33,748 nucleotides of DNA from Parcubacteria group bacterium Gr01-1014_56 (GCA_007375995.1 VMFK01000005.1:1-33748), one strand, 5' to 3'. Counted from the first letter of the stretch, positions 1 to 8,031 are shown. The notes: generated by a model from the letters alone, not told the origin. Program-made: numbers and translations.

Positions 1-671
1 CTATCGGCTCACAAAAAATAATCGGTGTGTACCAGGGCGTTGTTGGTAACGCTACCTTACTTGCAGGAGACGGGGTCTTTAATTCTGCCACTTTGATACA
101 AGAAGACATGGTGGCTTTTGGCACTCCGCCACAGGACCAAGACTTCTTTGCTGTAGTTTGGGATTATAACTTGTTTGGTGCCTCAACGGGCGAGCTGGGT
201 ACAGCACTCTCAACTGGTACCGCTCTCCCTGCGGGCGCGGTACTCGGACAAAATTACTATGTGCTGACGTGGAAGTGGCAGGCGCCAGCGCCTCCACCAC
301 CAGCCCTTACGTTCGGCGGGTTCCTCCAACCAATCAATAACACCGGGCACGAAATTACAGAAAACACGAGTGTCTTTAAGGCAGGGAGTACCGTGCCGGT
401 AAAGTTTACGCTGCTTGATGCAAGCGGAGCAGTCGTGCAAGTTCCTGACGAGATACCGTGGGTAGTGCCTGTGCAAGGGCCGGCACTCAGTGCCCCCGTG
501 AGTGAGGCCGCCTACAGCGACCAGCCCTCAAGTGGGAGCGCCTACAGCTGGAATGGCGACCATTACCAGTACAATTGGAAGACGAGCAAAACGCAAAGCG
601 GCTATTGGTACTACCTGTATGTGCTCCCTGGAGACGGGAATGTCTACCAAACCATCGTTGGCTTACGATAA
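1..671 (+). CDS. Secreted protein, 5' end cut by window edge: shared N-terminal module, Pro linker, PxKF-like beta-sandwich C-terminus
   Basis: Frame is open from nt 3 (IGSQKIIGVYQG...), so the M at 27 is internal. nt 1-24 are identical to 936-959, and the first ~95 aa align with residues ~71-163 of the next gene. The C-terminal 'GFLQPI..N..KAGSTVPVKFTL' resembles the PxKF-type motif. Confidence 0.6.
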   Translation, partial: IGSQKIIGVYQGVVGNATLLAGDGVFNSATLIQEDMVAFGTPPQDQDFFAVVWDYNLFGASTGELGTALSTGTALPAGAVLGQNYYVLTWKWQAPAPPPPALTFGGFLQPINNTGHEITENTSVFKAGSTVPVKFTLLDASGAVVQVPDEIPWVVPVQGPALSAPVSEAAYSDQPSSGSAYSWNGDHYQYNWKTSKTQSGYWYYLYVLPGDGNVYQTIVGLR

Positions 672-726
672 CCTCGCCCTCTAGTCAATTGCACTGAGTT
701 TTGCTTTGTGGTTGTATGCTCGCATC

Positions 727-2877
727 ATGCGACGCACAGCCACCATACTCTTTTGCGCCCTGTGCTTCCTGCTTTCAGGCTCTGTGGCATCGGCTAACAC
801 TACTGTCCTCTCCAATGACCCCTCATATGCCTTAGCGCCCTTCTCCTTTTATTGCCAGCCATATAAGTACTCTTTTGAGAACAACAAACACTATGTCCCC
901 ACCGACGGCCCCTGTGCATTTTCTATGCCCAGCACTATCGGCTCACAAAAAATAATCGCCGTCTACCAGGGTGCGGTGGGTAACGCCACCCTACTTGCGG
1001 GAGACGGGGTATTTAACACTGCAACTCTGGTACAGGAAGATCTTGTTGCTTTTGGCGCGCCTGTACAGGATCAAGACTACTTTGCTGTGGTGTGGGACTA
1101 TGATTTGTTTGGCGGTTCAACTGGGGCATTGGGTCAGGCACTCGCAACTGGCACGGCTCTCCCCGTAGATGCGGTGCTCGGACAAAATTATTTTATTTTA
1201 CCGTGGAAGTGGGGTACAAAACCCCCGAGTGAGTACGAGCCGGTTGTTATTATCCCCGGCATCTTGGGCTCGTGGGAGAAAAACGGCGAGTGGGTTGTCG
1301 ACCCGATACTCCACACCTACGACAACTTAATAGACACGTTTCTTGCTAATGGATACGTAGAGAATCAAACGCTGTTTAGGTTTGGGTACAACTGGGAGGA
1401 GCCAAACGAGGTCAGTGCACACATGCTCGCAAACAAAATCCAGCAAATCAAACAAACCTGCGCCTGCTCGCATGTAGATATAGTCGCCCATTCGATGGGC
1501 GGTCTGGTTGCGCTCTACTACATAGAGAACAGCGAGTACCAAAACGACGTCGGCCAACTCTTTTTAGTGGCTACTCCCCTCTCCGGCGCACCCAAGGCTT
1601 ACAAAACTTGGGAAGGTGGTGAGGTTGATTTTGGGGAACCAATTCCAAATGCTTTTATGCAAACAAAGTTCTGGCTAGAGGCGCGCGGGAGTGGGTACGC
1701 AAGTGTTTTTGACTACATACGAAACAGACCGATTGAATCAATTCATGAGCTATTGCCTGTCTATAACAACTATCTCTCTACTGCCACCACAACACTCCAG
1801 TATCCAACAGGCTATCCAATTAATGGATTTTTAGAAACTATAATCGCAAAACTTAACCAGGTATATGGAAAGGTGCGTGTTAATACTATCCTTGCGGATA
1901 CTCTACTCAACACTACAATCAGTGGTTTTTTGATTGAACCCTCGACAGAATTACCAAAATGGGAGCATGGGAAGATAGTCGGGACCTTTTTCAGCGCTGG
2001 GGATGGTACAGTGCCACGCACAAGTATCGAAAATATTATTGGAGTTGCAGATAAAGAGTTTGATGGGGTAAATCATTTACAGGTTGTAGCAACGAGTTCC
2101 AGTTATATTTTCGAAAACCTAAACAACAACGGTCCCACAACAATTATTAACAAAACATATAGAGTCGTCACTTCTTTCCTTTATTTTAAACTCTTTTCTC
2201 CGATAGACATGCAAATCGTTGCTCCGGATGGTAAGCGGTTAGGTAAAGATTTCTCAACAAACACAGAGATTAATGAAATCCCAGATGCTTTTTATTCGGG
2301 CTTCAGCACTGGCAACGAATATGCCGTCATCGTTAACCCCATACCTGGAAACTACAGCCTTCAGACCATCGGCACGGGAAGCGGTGGTGCATACACCATC
2401 ATCACAGGCTACGGCGATAGTGCGACAACAACACAAGCAGAAATTACGAGTTCGACAACTCCCGCTCAAGTTATAAATCACACACTCGCTTTTTCTTCAA
2501 CTTCGACCGTTTTAACTCTCACAAAAGAAACTCCCCCACCCCCTCCACCTGTTGCTCTAACTCCCGACAGCTGTATCGGTGATATGACCAAGGCATATAA
2601 AAACAAGTGGATCACTAAAAAGGCTGTATATGAGGGGCTCGTATTTGACTGCAAGGCTCTTAGAGACCTCTTTAAGACAAGGGACAGTATAGAAAAGGTA
2701 CCTTTGGCTAACCGCACCAAAGCTCAAAAAGCTCTCCTCTCTGCTACTTATGAGGGTATCAAACGTGTCCTTGCACATATGGACCTGTTGGCAAAGGACA
2801 AGACTAATACACAAGACGCGGTATTATTAATCCACTCATATACAACATGGTTCAGAGATCACGAACTACATCAATAA
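727..2877 (+). CDS. Secreted alpha/beta-hydrolase (LCAT/PGAP1-like lipase/esterase) with beta-sandwich and helical C-terminal domains
   Basis: ATG at 727 gives signal peptide MRRTATILFCALCFLLSGSVASA; the track start at 706 is a TTG 7 codons upstream. 'PVVIIPGILGSW' and the nucleophile elbow 'VAHSMGG' are present. PPC-like segment 'PIDMQIVAPDGKRLG..GNYSLQ', then a P7 linker. Confidence 0.75.
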   Translation: MRRTATILFCALCFLLSGSVASANTTVLSNDPSYALAPFSFYCQPYKYSFENNKHYVPTDGPCAFSMPSTIGSQKIIAVYQGAVGNATLLAGDGVFNTATLVQEDLVAFGAPVQDQDYFAVVWDYDLFGGSTGALGQALATGTALPVDAVLGQNYFILPWKWGTKPPSEYEPVVIIPGILGSWEKNGEWVVDPILHTYDNLIDTFLANGYVENQTLFRFGYNWEEPNEVSAHMLANKIQQIKQTCACSHVDIVAHSMGGLVALYYIENSEYQNDVGQLFLVATPLSGAPKAYKTWEGGEVDFGEPIPNAFMQTKFWLEARGSGYASVFDYIRNRPIESIHELLPVYNNYLSTATTTLQYPTGYPINGFLETIIAKLNQVYGKVRVNTILADTLLNTTISGFLIEPSTELPKWEHGKIVGTFFSAGDGTVPRTSIENIIGVADKEFDGVNHLQVVATSSSYIFENLNNNGPTTIINKTYRVVTSFLYFKLFSPIDMQIVAPDGKRLGKDFSTNTEINEIPDAFYSGFSTGNEYAVIVNPIPGNYSLQTIGTGSGGAYTIITGYGDSATTTQAEITSSTTPAQVINHTLAFSSTSTVLTLTKETPPPPPPVALTPDSCIGDMTKAYKNKWITKKAVYEGLVFDCKALRDLFKTRDSIEKVPLANRTKAQKALLSATYEGIKRVLAHMDLLAKDKTNTQDAVLLIHSYTTWFRDHELHQ

Positions 2878-3260
2878 TTTTGGAAATTCTTTCTAGAATA
2901 CTCCTACTCGTGGTTGCGATAGGGATTGGGGCATTTTTCTTCCAAATCACCATTCATAATTTTGTGATGGAAACGTTGAAGTACCAATTGCCTTCAGGGT
3001 TTTTTGGATTTACTTTTGCTGATTGGAGTATCTCTTGGTTTATTTCGACGTCTTTCCTTGCTGGGGCTATCTTTGGAACGCTCGGGAAAAGAATAGACTA
3101 CATTTTCGTAATTACACTTTTTGTTCTTGCCTCTCTTGACTTCTTCTACACAGAAAATATGACTCCCCTTGTTTATTCAGGCCTTGTAGGAGCGACACTT
3201 ATAGGCAACGTGATTGGCTTCATTTTAAAACTCCTGCGGGCAAAATATTTTGCAAAGTAA
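2847..3260 (+). CDS. Small integral membrane protein (about 4 TM segments), function unknown
   Basis: Hydrophobic stretches (ILLLVVAIGIGAFFF, ISWFISTSFLAGAIFG, YIFVITLFVLASL, LVGATLIGNVIGFIL). The ATG at 2847 overlaps the previous gene by 31 nt; an in-frame TTG at 2880 just after that stop is an alternative start. Confidence 0.5.
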   Translation: MVQRSRTTSIILEILSRILLLVVAIGIGAFFFQITIHNFVMETLKYQLPSGFFGFTFADWSISWFISTSFLAGAIFGTLGKRIDYIFVITLFVLASLDFFYTENMTPLVYSGLVGATLIGNVIGFILKLLRAKYFAK

Positions 3261-3308
3261 CTTTTCTCATCAAATTCCGCAAGGCTTTCCTGACACTCCT
3301 TGAAGTAA

Positions 3309-4322
3309 TTAAAAAGGTATATTATCATGATCAATCTCGAGATCATCGACTTTCCTTTTTTTAATCACCCACGGGGTAGCTTTGTTTACTTCATATGCAG
3401 AGAGGTAATTTGCTTTTAAGCTTTCCGGGTCTTGCTCAGCAATAAATACCTCAGGCATAGATAATATGATTAACTCCGCAATATTGATATTTTTTGACGC
3501 AATAAGTTTATATATGTTTGGTGTATCAACCGGAATAGTAGTACGGTCAGTGTGTCTTACGTCTGATATCTGATTTGAGAGCTCTTTTGAGTTTTTTACT
3601 GTCTCGCTTAACAGACTAGCTAGTTTTTTAACATTCGCTGAACCTGTCCATCTTTCTGCCACTTTTACACACAGTTTTTCTGCGTAATCTTTTGTTTTCT
3701 CTTTAGATTTAGGGCTGCTAAAAATTAACTGTAAAATTTCAGCTGAAGTTTTTGCTGATACTTCAAAATTTGGTTCTGTGACTCTTTGTTGCTGATAATA
3801 ATGATATATTTTTTGCTTTAACAATTTCTCCTTAACTATAGGAGCAATCGACCGCAGGCCTGAGCTTTCAGTATTAATGATCATAAAACTATGTAATGCA
3901 AATTTACAGTTTTCTTCTTTAAAAATTTTATTAAAACGCTCTACCAAATCTTCACGTTTTTCTTTCTGAGCAAAAATTAATACAAGTTCAATTAGATCAA
4001 ATACTTTGCTATCGCATTTCTTTTCCGTCTTTAGTTCCAAACTTTCAAAGTTTATAAATTCAGTAATGTCATACCCTGCCTCCATTAGGGTTAGTTCCTT
4101 TATTGGTAGTTCGTAAAAATAATACTCCTTTTTAACTTCATCATTGACGAGCAAAAATCTTTCCAGATATTTGTCTGTTTTAGAAATATATTTAATTAAT
4201 TGCAAAAGACGCTTTCTAACAGGGTCAGCTAGAAAAGAATCTTCTTCCCTCTCTGCTTGCCTTAGAAAAACTCCTTGATTTCTATAAAGTCTAACTTCGT
4301 TTCTTTTTGAATAAAGTTCCAT
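3309..4322 (-). CDS. AbiJ-like protein (AbiJ-NTD-like N-terminus, degenerate Abi_C/HEPN-like motif); candidate abortive-infection/defence gene
   Basis: 337-aa AT-rich ORF. N-terminus 'ELYSKRNEV..(30 aa)..DPVRKRLLQLI' resembles the 'FS.R.G ... LRN.LWN' signature of AbiJ N-terminal domains. 'SNQISDVRH' resembles the Abi_C 'RN.LSDAHG' motif but lacks the first Arg. Recognition by memory only. Confidence 0.45.
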   Translation of the reverse strand: MELYSKRNEVRLYRNQGVFLRQAEREEDSFLADPVRKRLLQLIKYISKTDKYLERFLLVNDEVKKEYYFYELPIKELTLMEAGYDITEFINFESLELKTEKKCDSKVFDLIELVLIFAQKEKREDLVERFNKIFKEENCKFALHSFMIINTESSGLRSIAPIVKEKLLKQKIYHYYQQQRVTEPNFEVSAKTSAEILQLIFSSPKSKEKTKDYAEKLCVKVAERWTGSANVKKLASLLSETVKNSKELSNQISDVRHTDRTTIPVDTPNIYKLIASKNINIAELIILSMPEVFIAEQDPESLKANYLSAYEVNKATPWVIKKRKVDDLEIDHDNIPF

Positions 4323-4370
4323 GCTTTACTTTGTGATTTATAAGTTCTTTAGGGACTGGATCTATCTCAA

Positions 4371-4437
4371 ACTGGCTAGGTTCTTTGGATTCGGACTTAC
4401 CTTACATCTATAAAAGACTCTTGTCTATAAAAGAACC
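4371..4437 (-). promoter_or_regulatory. Copy A of a ~65-nt upstream module (putative promoter plus conserved 5'UTR) preceding the AbiJ-like gene
   Basis: About 80% identical to 5956-6023. On the minus strand it reads TAGACA (4427-4422), 17 nt, TAAGGT (4404-4399), followed by the conserved AAGTCCGAATCCAAAGAACC. Confidence 0.45.
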
Positions 4438-4443
4438 AGTAGG

Positions 4444-4467
4444 TAAGCTATTTTGCAAAATAGCTTA
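4444..4467. repeat. Perfect 24-bp palindrome TAAGCTATTTTG/CAAAATAGCTTA
   Basis: Read directly. Lies 10 nt downstream of the HIT stop (4478) and just upstream of module copy A. Could be a terminator hairpin or a dimeric operator. Confidence 0.6.
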
Positions 4468-4477
4468 GTATCTCTTT

Positions 4478-4927
4478 TTATTTCAAACCCTTTTTGATTT
4501 TTTCAATCAATTCTTCTTTCTCCTGTTTTGAGTATTCAATGGTCTGATCTTTTCTTAGGTATTTGAAGTCCCACATCATTTCTTCGTTTGGGATCGGCAC
4601 TACATGAAAGTGTAAGTGCTCTACCGCAAGCCCACTGCTAATAATCGCAATGCGGAACGGGTTAAAAATGTTTCTAAGTACTGTGTCTAATTTTCGAACT
4701 AGGAGTATCAACTCCTTACTTTGTGTCTCGCTCAGTTCAGAAAGGCTTTTGACATGCTTCTTTGGAGCACAAATCAGGTGTCCTGGCACAGCGGAGAAAG
4801 CGTCTAAAACTACAACAAAATCAGAGTCTTCAAACAAAACAGTAGCAGTGGACAAATCACAAAGAAAACACTTCTGTTTTTTCAACCCCTCCACAAAAGT
4901 TCGGTTATTTCTGGTTACTTTCTTCAT
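4478..4927 (-). CDS. HIT-family nucleotide hydrolase/transferase
   Basis: Histidine-triad motif 'HLHFHVVP' near the C-terminus; 'PGHLICAPKKH' upstream; 149 aa; SD-like GAGGAG 9 nt upstream of the ATG. Confidence 0.85.
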   Translation of the reverse strand: MKKVTRNNRTFVEGLKKQKCFLCDLSTATVLFEDSDFVVVLDAFSAVPGHLICAPKKHVKSLSELSETQSKELILLVRKLDTVLRNIFNPFRIAIISSGLAVEHLHFHVVPIPNEEMMWDFKYLRKDQTIEYSKQEKEELIEKIKKGLK

Positions 4928-4951
4928 ACTCTAATACTCCTCTCTGCACGC

Positions 4952-5233
4952 CTAATGTTTTTCGGCCACAATGCACCGACAACCCTTTGAACCTACTTTT
5001 GCTTCGTGAGGTTGATGCCGCGGTATTACTACTTCGCTCCCGCTTTTATAAAGCGTGTTGGATAGAAAGCTATCAACCGCTGTTCTTATTTGGATTTCAC
5101 CAGTAATAATTACGAGTTTAGTATCAAAATCATGCTTGTGCTCTTCATCAAATTCTCCAGGCTCCGCGTCCCATACATATACTTTTTGATACCCTTCGGA
5201 CTTTAATTTTTCTATGATCTCCTGTTCTTTCAT
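4952..5233 (-). CDS. Cupin-fold small protein
   Basis: 'EEHKHDFDTKLVIITGEIQI...GSEVVIPRHQPHEAKVG' matches the two-motif cupin His/Glu pattern. Start moved to ATG 5233 (MKEQEII...) to avoid a 20-nt overlap with the Nudix gene. Confidence 0.7.
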   Translation of the reverse strand: MKEQEIIEKLKSEGYQKVYVWDAEPGEFDEEHKHDFDTKLVIITGEIQIRTAVDSFLSNTLYKSGSEVVIPRHQPHEAKVGSKGCRCIVAEKH

Positions 5234-5240
5234 ATGATGA

Positions 5241-5711
5241 TTATTCTTTCCACTCCTCAATCTTCCATTTGTCGAAGCTGTTCCCCTCTTTATTAAAATA
5301 AAATTCCGCTTTAAACTTCTTTCCTTCTAGTACAAGCGGGAGCCAATATTTGTCGTCTACCCACATTAACTCATAGGGGACATTTTCGAATAAGTACCAC
5401 TCGGGCTTCATCTCCTCTGTCTCCGTGGGCTCCCCCTCCCACTTTTTAGTAAGAAAGATATGACACTCCTGGTCCCACTCAGGTTTATCATAAAAATGGA
5501 AGTCGATGATGCCTACCTTTTCTAAATCTTGTTTTTCTATCTTTACTCCTATTTCCTCTTCTGTTTCCCGAACAATTGCATCTTGGGGTGTCTCAGCGCT
5601 GTGGAGCTTCCCCCCGACACCATTCCATTTGTCCTTACCAAAACCTCTCTTCTTCATTGCAAGTAGTATCTTGTCGCCATCTATTAAAAAGTTGAGCGTG
5701 GTTATAGTCAT
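5241..5711 (-). CDS. Nudix hydrolase, MTH1/NUDT1-like (oxidised purine NTP pyrophosphatase type)
   Basis: Nudix box 'GGKLHSAETPQDAIVRETEEEIGV'. 'WNGVGGK' and the C-terminal 'MWVDDKYWLPLVLEGKKFKAEFYF' closely mirror human MTH1 '[24 protein letters not shown]'. Confidence 0.85.
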   Translation of the reverse strand: MTITTLNFLIDGDKILLAMKKRGFGKDKWNGVGGKLHSAETPQDAIVRETEEEIGVKIEKQDLEKVGIIDFHFYDKPEWDQECHIFLTKKWEGEPTETEEMKPEWYLFENVPYELMWVDDKYWLPLVLEGKKFKAEFYFNKEGNSFDKWKIEEWKE

Positions 5712-5730
5712 AAAATATCTTTGGACTTAT

Positions 5731-5940
5731 TTATCCCAGCATATAGATTAAAAGACTTAGAAAAGCTATGCCCCAGAATAACGTCCAAAATGTCTGGTAC
5801 TTTAGACCGGACCATTCTGGCCAAAAATTAATTTTTCTTTTCAGGAAGAACTGCTCAACTCCAAAAAAGTAAATCAGGTGGATGAGTAGGTCATACCCTA
5901 TCATCCCGAGAACAATGTAAAGAAAAAAATCTTGTCTCAT
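5731..5940 (-). CDS. Small 2-TM membrane protein, function unknown
   Basis: Start set at ATG 5940 (MRQDFFLYIVLGMIGY...). The longer track ORF (to 5991) would run into the conserved upstream module. Confidence 0.5.
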   Translation of the reverse strand: MRQDFFLYIVLGMIGYDLLIHLIYFFGVEQFFLKRKINFWPEWSGLKYQTFWTLFWGIAFLSLLIYMLG

Positions 5941-5955
5941 TTTTATACAGTATAA

Positions 5956-6023
5956 CTTGCTAGCTGGGTTCTTTGGAGTCGCACTTACCATATACCTACA
6001 AAAGGTAGTTGTCTATAAAAAGA
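5956..6023 (-). promoter_or_regulatory. Copy B of the ~65-nt upstream module (putative promoter plus conserved 5'UTR)
   Basis: About 80% identical to 4371-4437. Minus strand reads TAGACA (6015-6010), 17 nt, TATGGT (5992-5987), then AAGTGCGACTCCAAAGAACC. Confidence 0.45.
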
Positions 6024-6026
6024 TGC

Positions 6027-6062
6027 GGGCGGGGGCAGTAGATGCTCCCGCCCTTTTATTTT
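6027..6062. terminator. GC-rich hairpin with flanking T/A runs (intrinsic-terminator-like)
   Basis: GGGCGGGGGC-agtagat-GCTCCCGCCC (10 bp, one G.U). TTTTATTTT follows on the plus side and GCATCTTTTTA on the minus side. Located 25 nt downstream of the 6078 stop. Confidence 0.5.
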
Positions 6063-6077
6063 GCTGTTGTTTGCAGT

Positions 6078-6473
6078 TTAGTTGGAGGTGATCTTCGAAA
6101 CCTCAACACCGCGGGCTTGGTTGGGATCAAGATATTCGCCACTGTACTGCCCATCGCCCAAAGGCCTGAAAGTTATCGCGTAGGGCATGTCATCCGGCCC
6201 AACGTGCTCTCTGCCATCGGCGAGGATAAACTCGCACTCAATAGTCTTGCCGTTGTCGTTGATTATATAGGCTTCGAAGACTGCCCCCGAAAACGTGCCG
6301 AGTCTGCCTTCCTTCTTGTACTTTGCAACACCTTTACAAAGCGGATGTTTGAATTCTATCCGAGCTGCACCGCGGTAAGAGCGCAGATATGCAGCCGCCA
6401 CTTCCTCCAGCACCAGTATTTGATGCCCTGAAATAGTTGGACCTGTTGAGTTAACAATCACGCTGCCCCACAT
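6078..6473 (-). CDS. Hypothetical soluble protein (131 aa)
   Basis: ATG at 6473 is preceded by GGGAGG with 6-nt spacing. Globular-looking sequence and backbone-like GC (~53%). The overlapping plus-strand ORF 6042-6431 looks non-coding. Confidence 0.6.
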   Translation of the reverse strand: MWGSVIVNSTGPTISGHQILVLEEVAAAYLRSYRGAARIEFKHPLCKGVAKYKKEGRLGTFSGAVFEAYIINDNGKTIECEFILADGREHVGPDDMPYAITFRPLGDGQYSGEYLDPNQARGVEVSKITSN

Positions 6474-6557
6474 TTGGAGCCTCCCTTTCTGGCGAATATA
6501 CGCCAATGAGCCAAAGCGCACTATACAATTTCTATACAAAACCGCAATCAATACTTT

Positions 6558-6583
6558 TACCGAGGTTGAACCTCGGTATTTTT
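6558..6583 (+). terminator. Hairpin TACCGAGG-ttgaa-CCTCGGTA followed by T5
   Basis: Read directly. The T-run is on the plus side only, although the neighbouring genes are on the minus strand. The core resembles the AAGGTCGAACCTT hairpin family. Confidence 0.35.
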
Positions 6584-6588
6584 AGATC

Positions 6589-7206
6589 CTACAACCCCTT
6601 AGTCTCCTTTTTAATCATCCTGACGATTTCTGGAAATTTGGATATATTAAAGTGTCCATTTTTACTCTTGTATACAACGATGTGCGCATTTTTTAACTTC
6701 CGTCTGTATTTTTCAGCATGAGCAACCGGCACAACATCGTCATCTTTTGAAAACAGCAGGTGGAGATTCTTGGAGTTTTTCTCAAGTAGAGATAAGTCGG
6801 TTTTAAGCTTAAAACCACCAACTAAGTCCTCTTCAGGTAGGGTATCATCAAAAGGTGCGCAAACTAGATATACCGACAGTGCTTTTTTAGGTAATTTTTT
6901 TTCAGAGAGATATTTTGCGAGAAAAATTCCACCAAGGGAGGAACCAATCAAAATAAAATCATTCTTTAAAAGAGGAGTGTACCTCTCGAAGAAGATTTTC
7001 CAGTCTGCATATTTTGCGTTGTCCTGCAGGGGCATACGAGGCCTGATGATTTCAAAATTTTTACTTAATTTCTCTTCGAGGTCAGCCTCCCAGTATGGCT
7101 TTTTCTTAGTTGTGACCTTTTTAGTTTTCAGATGGTGCAAATAATCCTTCCGGTTCTTGAAGGTCATACCGCCATGGACCATGAATATCTGAACCTTCTT
7201 TTTCAT
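6589..7206 (-). CDS. Alpha/beta hydrolase, RBBP9/YdeN-like serine hydrolase
   Basis: 'ILIGSSLGG' nucleophile elbow, 'FSKDDDVVP' acid region and C-terminal 'NGHF' His. About 200 aa, as in YdeN-type proteins. Confidence 0.7.
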   Translation of the reverse strand: MKKKVQIFMVHGGMTFKNRKDYLHHLKTKKVTTKKKPYWEADLEEKLSKNFEIIRPRMPLQDNAKYADWKIFFERYTPLLKNDFILIGSSLGGIFLAKYLSEKKLPKKALSVYLVCAPFDDTLPEEDLVGGFKLKTDLSLLEKNSKNLHLLFSKDDDVVPVAHAEKYRRKLKNAHIVVYKSKNGHFNISKFPEIVRMIKKETKGL

Positions 7207-7210
7207 ATAT

Positions 7211-7966
7211 TTATTTTTGCTTTAGGGCTTCGGGGTGTTTGGCGCTCCAGGCAAAGAGGGTTATTGCCGCTGCTGCGGCAACATTGAGAGACTCGCACTT
7301 GGGGTTGAGGGGGATCGAGAGCACTGTGTCGCAAAGTGCGCGCAAGTGTCCGGGGATACCTTCGCCCTCGTTCCCTAGGATAAACACGCTCGGCGTATCA
7401 AAAGATTCTCCGGCGATTGACTTCGCTCCCTCCCCCGCCAAACCGTAGATTTTAAAGCCGCGCTTTTTAAGGTCGCTAATTGTTTGCTGCAGCTTGGTGA
7501 CAGAGACAAGCGGGACTCTAAACGCCATCCCCGCCGAGACTTTTATTACTGCCCCGCTCACCGGCGCTTGGTTCTGCTCTGGCATGAGTACGCCCCCCGC
7601 ACCAAACCCGGCCGCAGTGCGGATAATCGCACCAACATTGTGCGGGTCTACAACACCGCTGAGGAGTACGAGCGAGGTGTGCGGCACAACTGAAAGTTGC
7701 TCGATAAACTTTTCATACGGCACGACAAGCTCGCTTAGCAAAATTTGCGCGACCACGCCTTGGTGCGAGGCGCCGCTCTTCATGTCTGCTTTTGCTTGAC
7801 CCTCGGAGAGCTGGCCCACCGCGATACCTGAGCTCAAAATAAGTTTACGCAAAGCAGGGTCGACTGCTTTCGGGTCGAAAAAGATTTTATTTATCGCCTT
7901 GGGCGCAAATTGAAGCGCCTCTTCAAGCGCGTGTTTGCCATATATATAAACTTTATTGAGCTTCAT
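7211..7966 (-). CDS. rlmB: SpoU/TrmH-family RNA 2'-O-methyltransferase (RlmB-like)
   Basis: N-terminal 'IYGKHALEEAL' substrate-binding domain. SPOUT motifs 'DPHNVGAIIRTA', 'FILGNEGEGI' and 'LSIP..ESLNVAAAAAITL'. Confidence 0.8.
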   Translation of the reverse strand: MKLNKVYIYGKHALEEALQFAPKAINKIFFDPKAVDPALRKLILSSGIAVGQLSEGQAKADMKSGASHQGVVAQILLSELVVPYEKFIEQLSVVPHTSLVLLSGVVDPHNVGAIIRTAAGFGAGGVLMPEQNQAPVSGAVIKVSAGMAFRVPLVSVTKLQQTISDLKKRGFKIYGLAGEGAKSIAGESFDTPSVFILGNEGEGIPGHLRALCDTVLSIPLNPKCESLNVAAAAAITLFAWSAKHPEALKQK

Positions 7967-8031
7967 TGAGCTTACCGTACCAGATACAAAGTATTTTAGC
8001 GAAGGGGTGGCTGTATAACCCCACCCGAGGA

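Noticed and set aside
6042-6431. 129-aa plus-strand ORF overlapping 6078-6473
   Set aside because: The sequence looks non-protein-like (Cys-rich and irregular) and it has no RBS. The minus-strand ORF has a GGGAGG SD at ideal spacing and a globular-looking product. The plus-side T-runs of the hairpins at 6027-6062 and 6558-6583 keep a small doubt alive.
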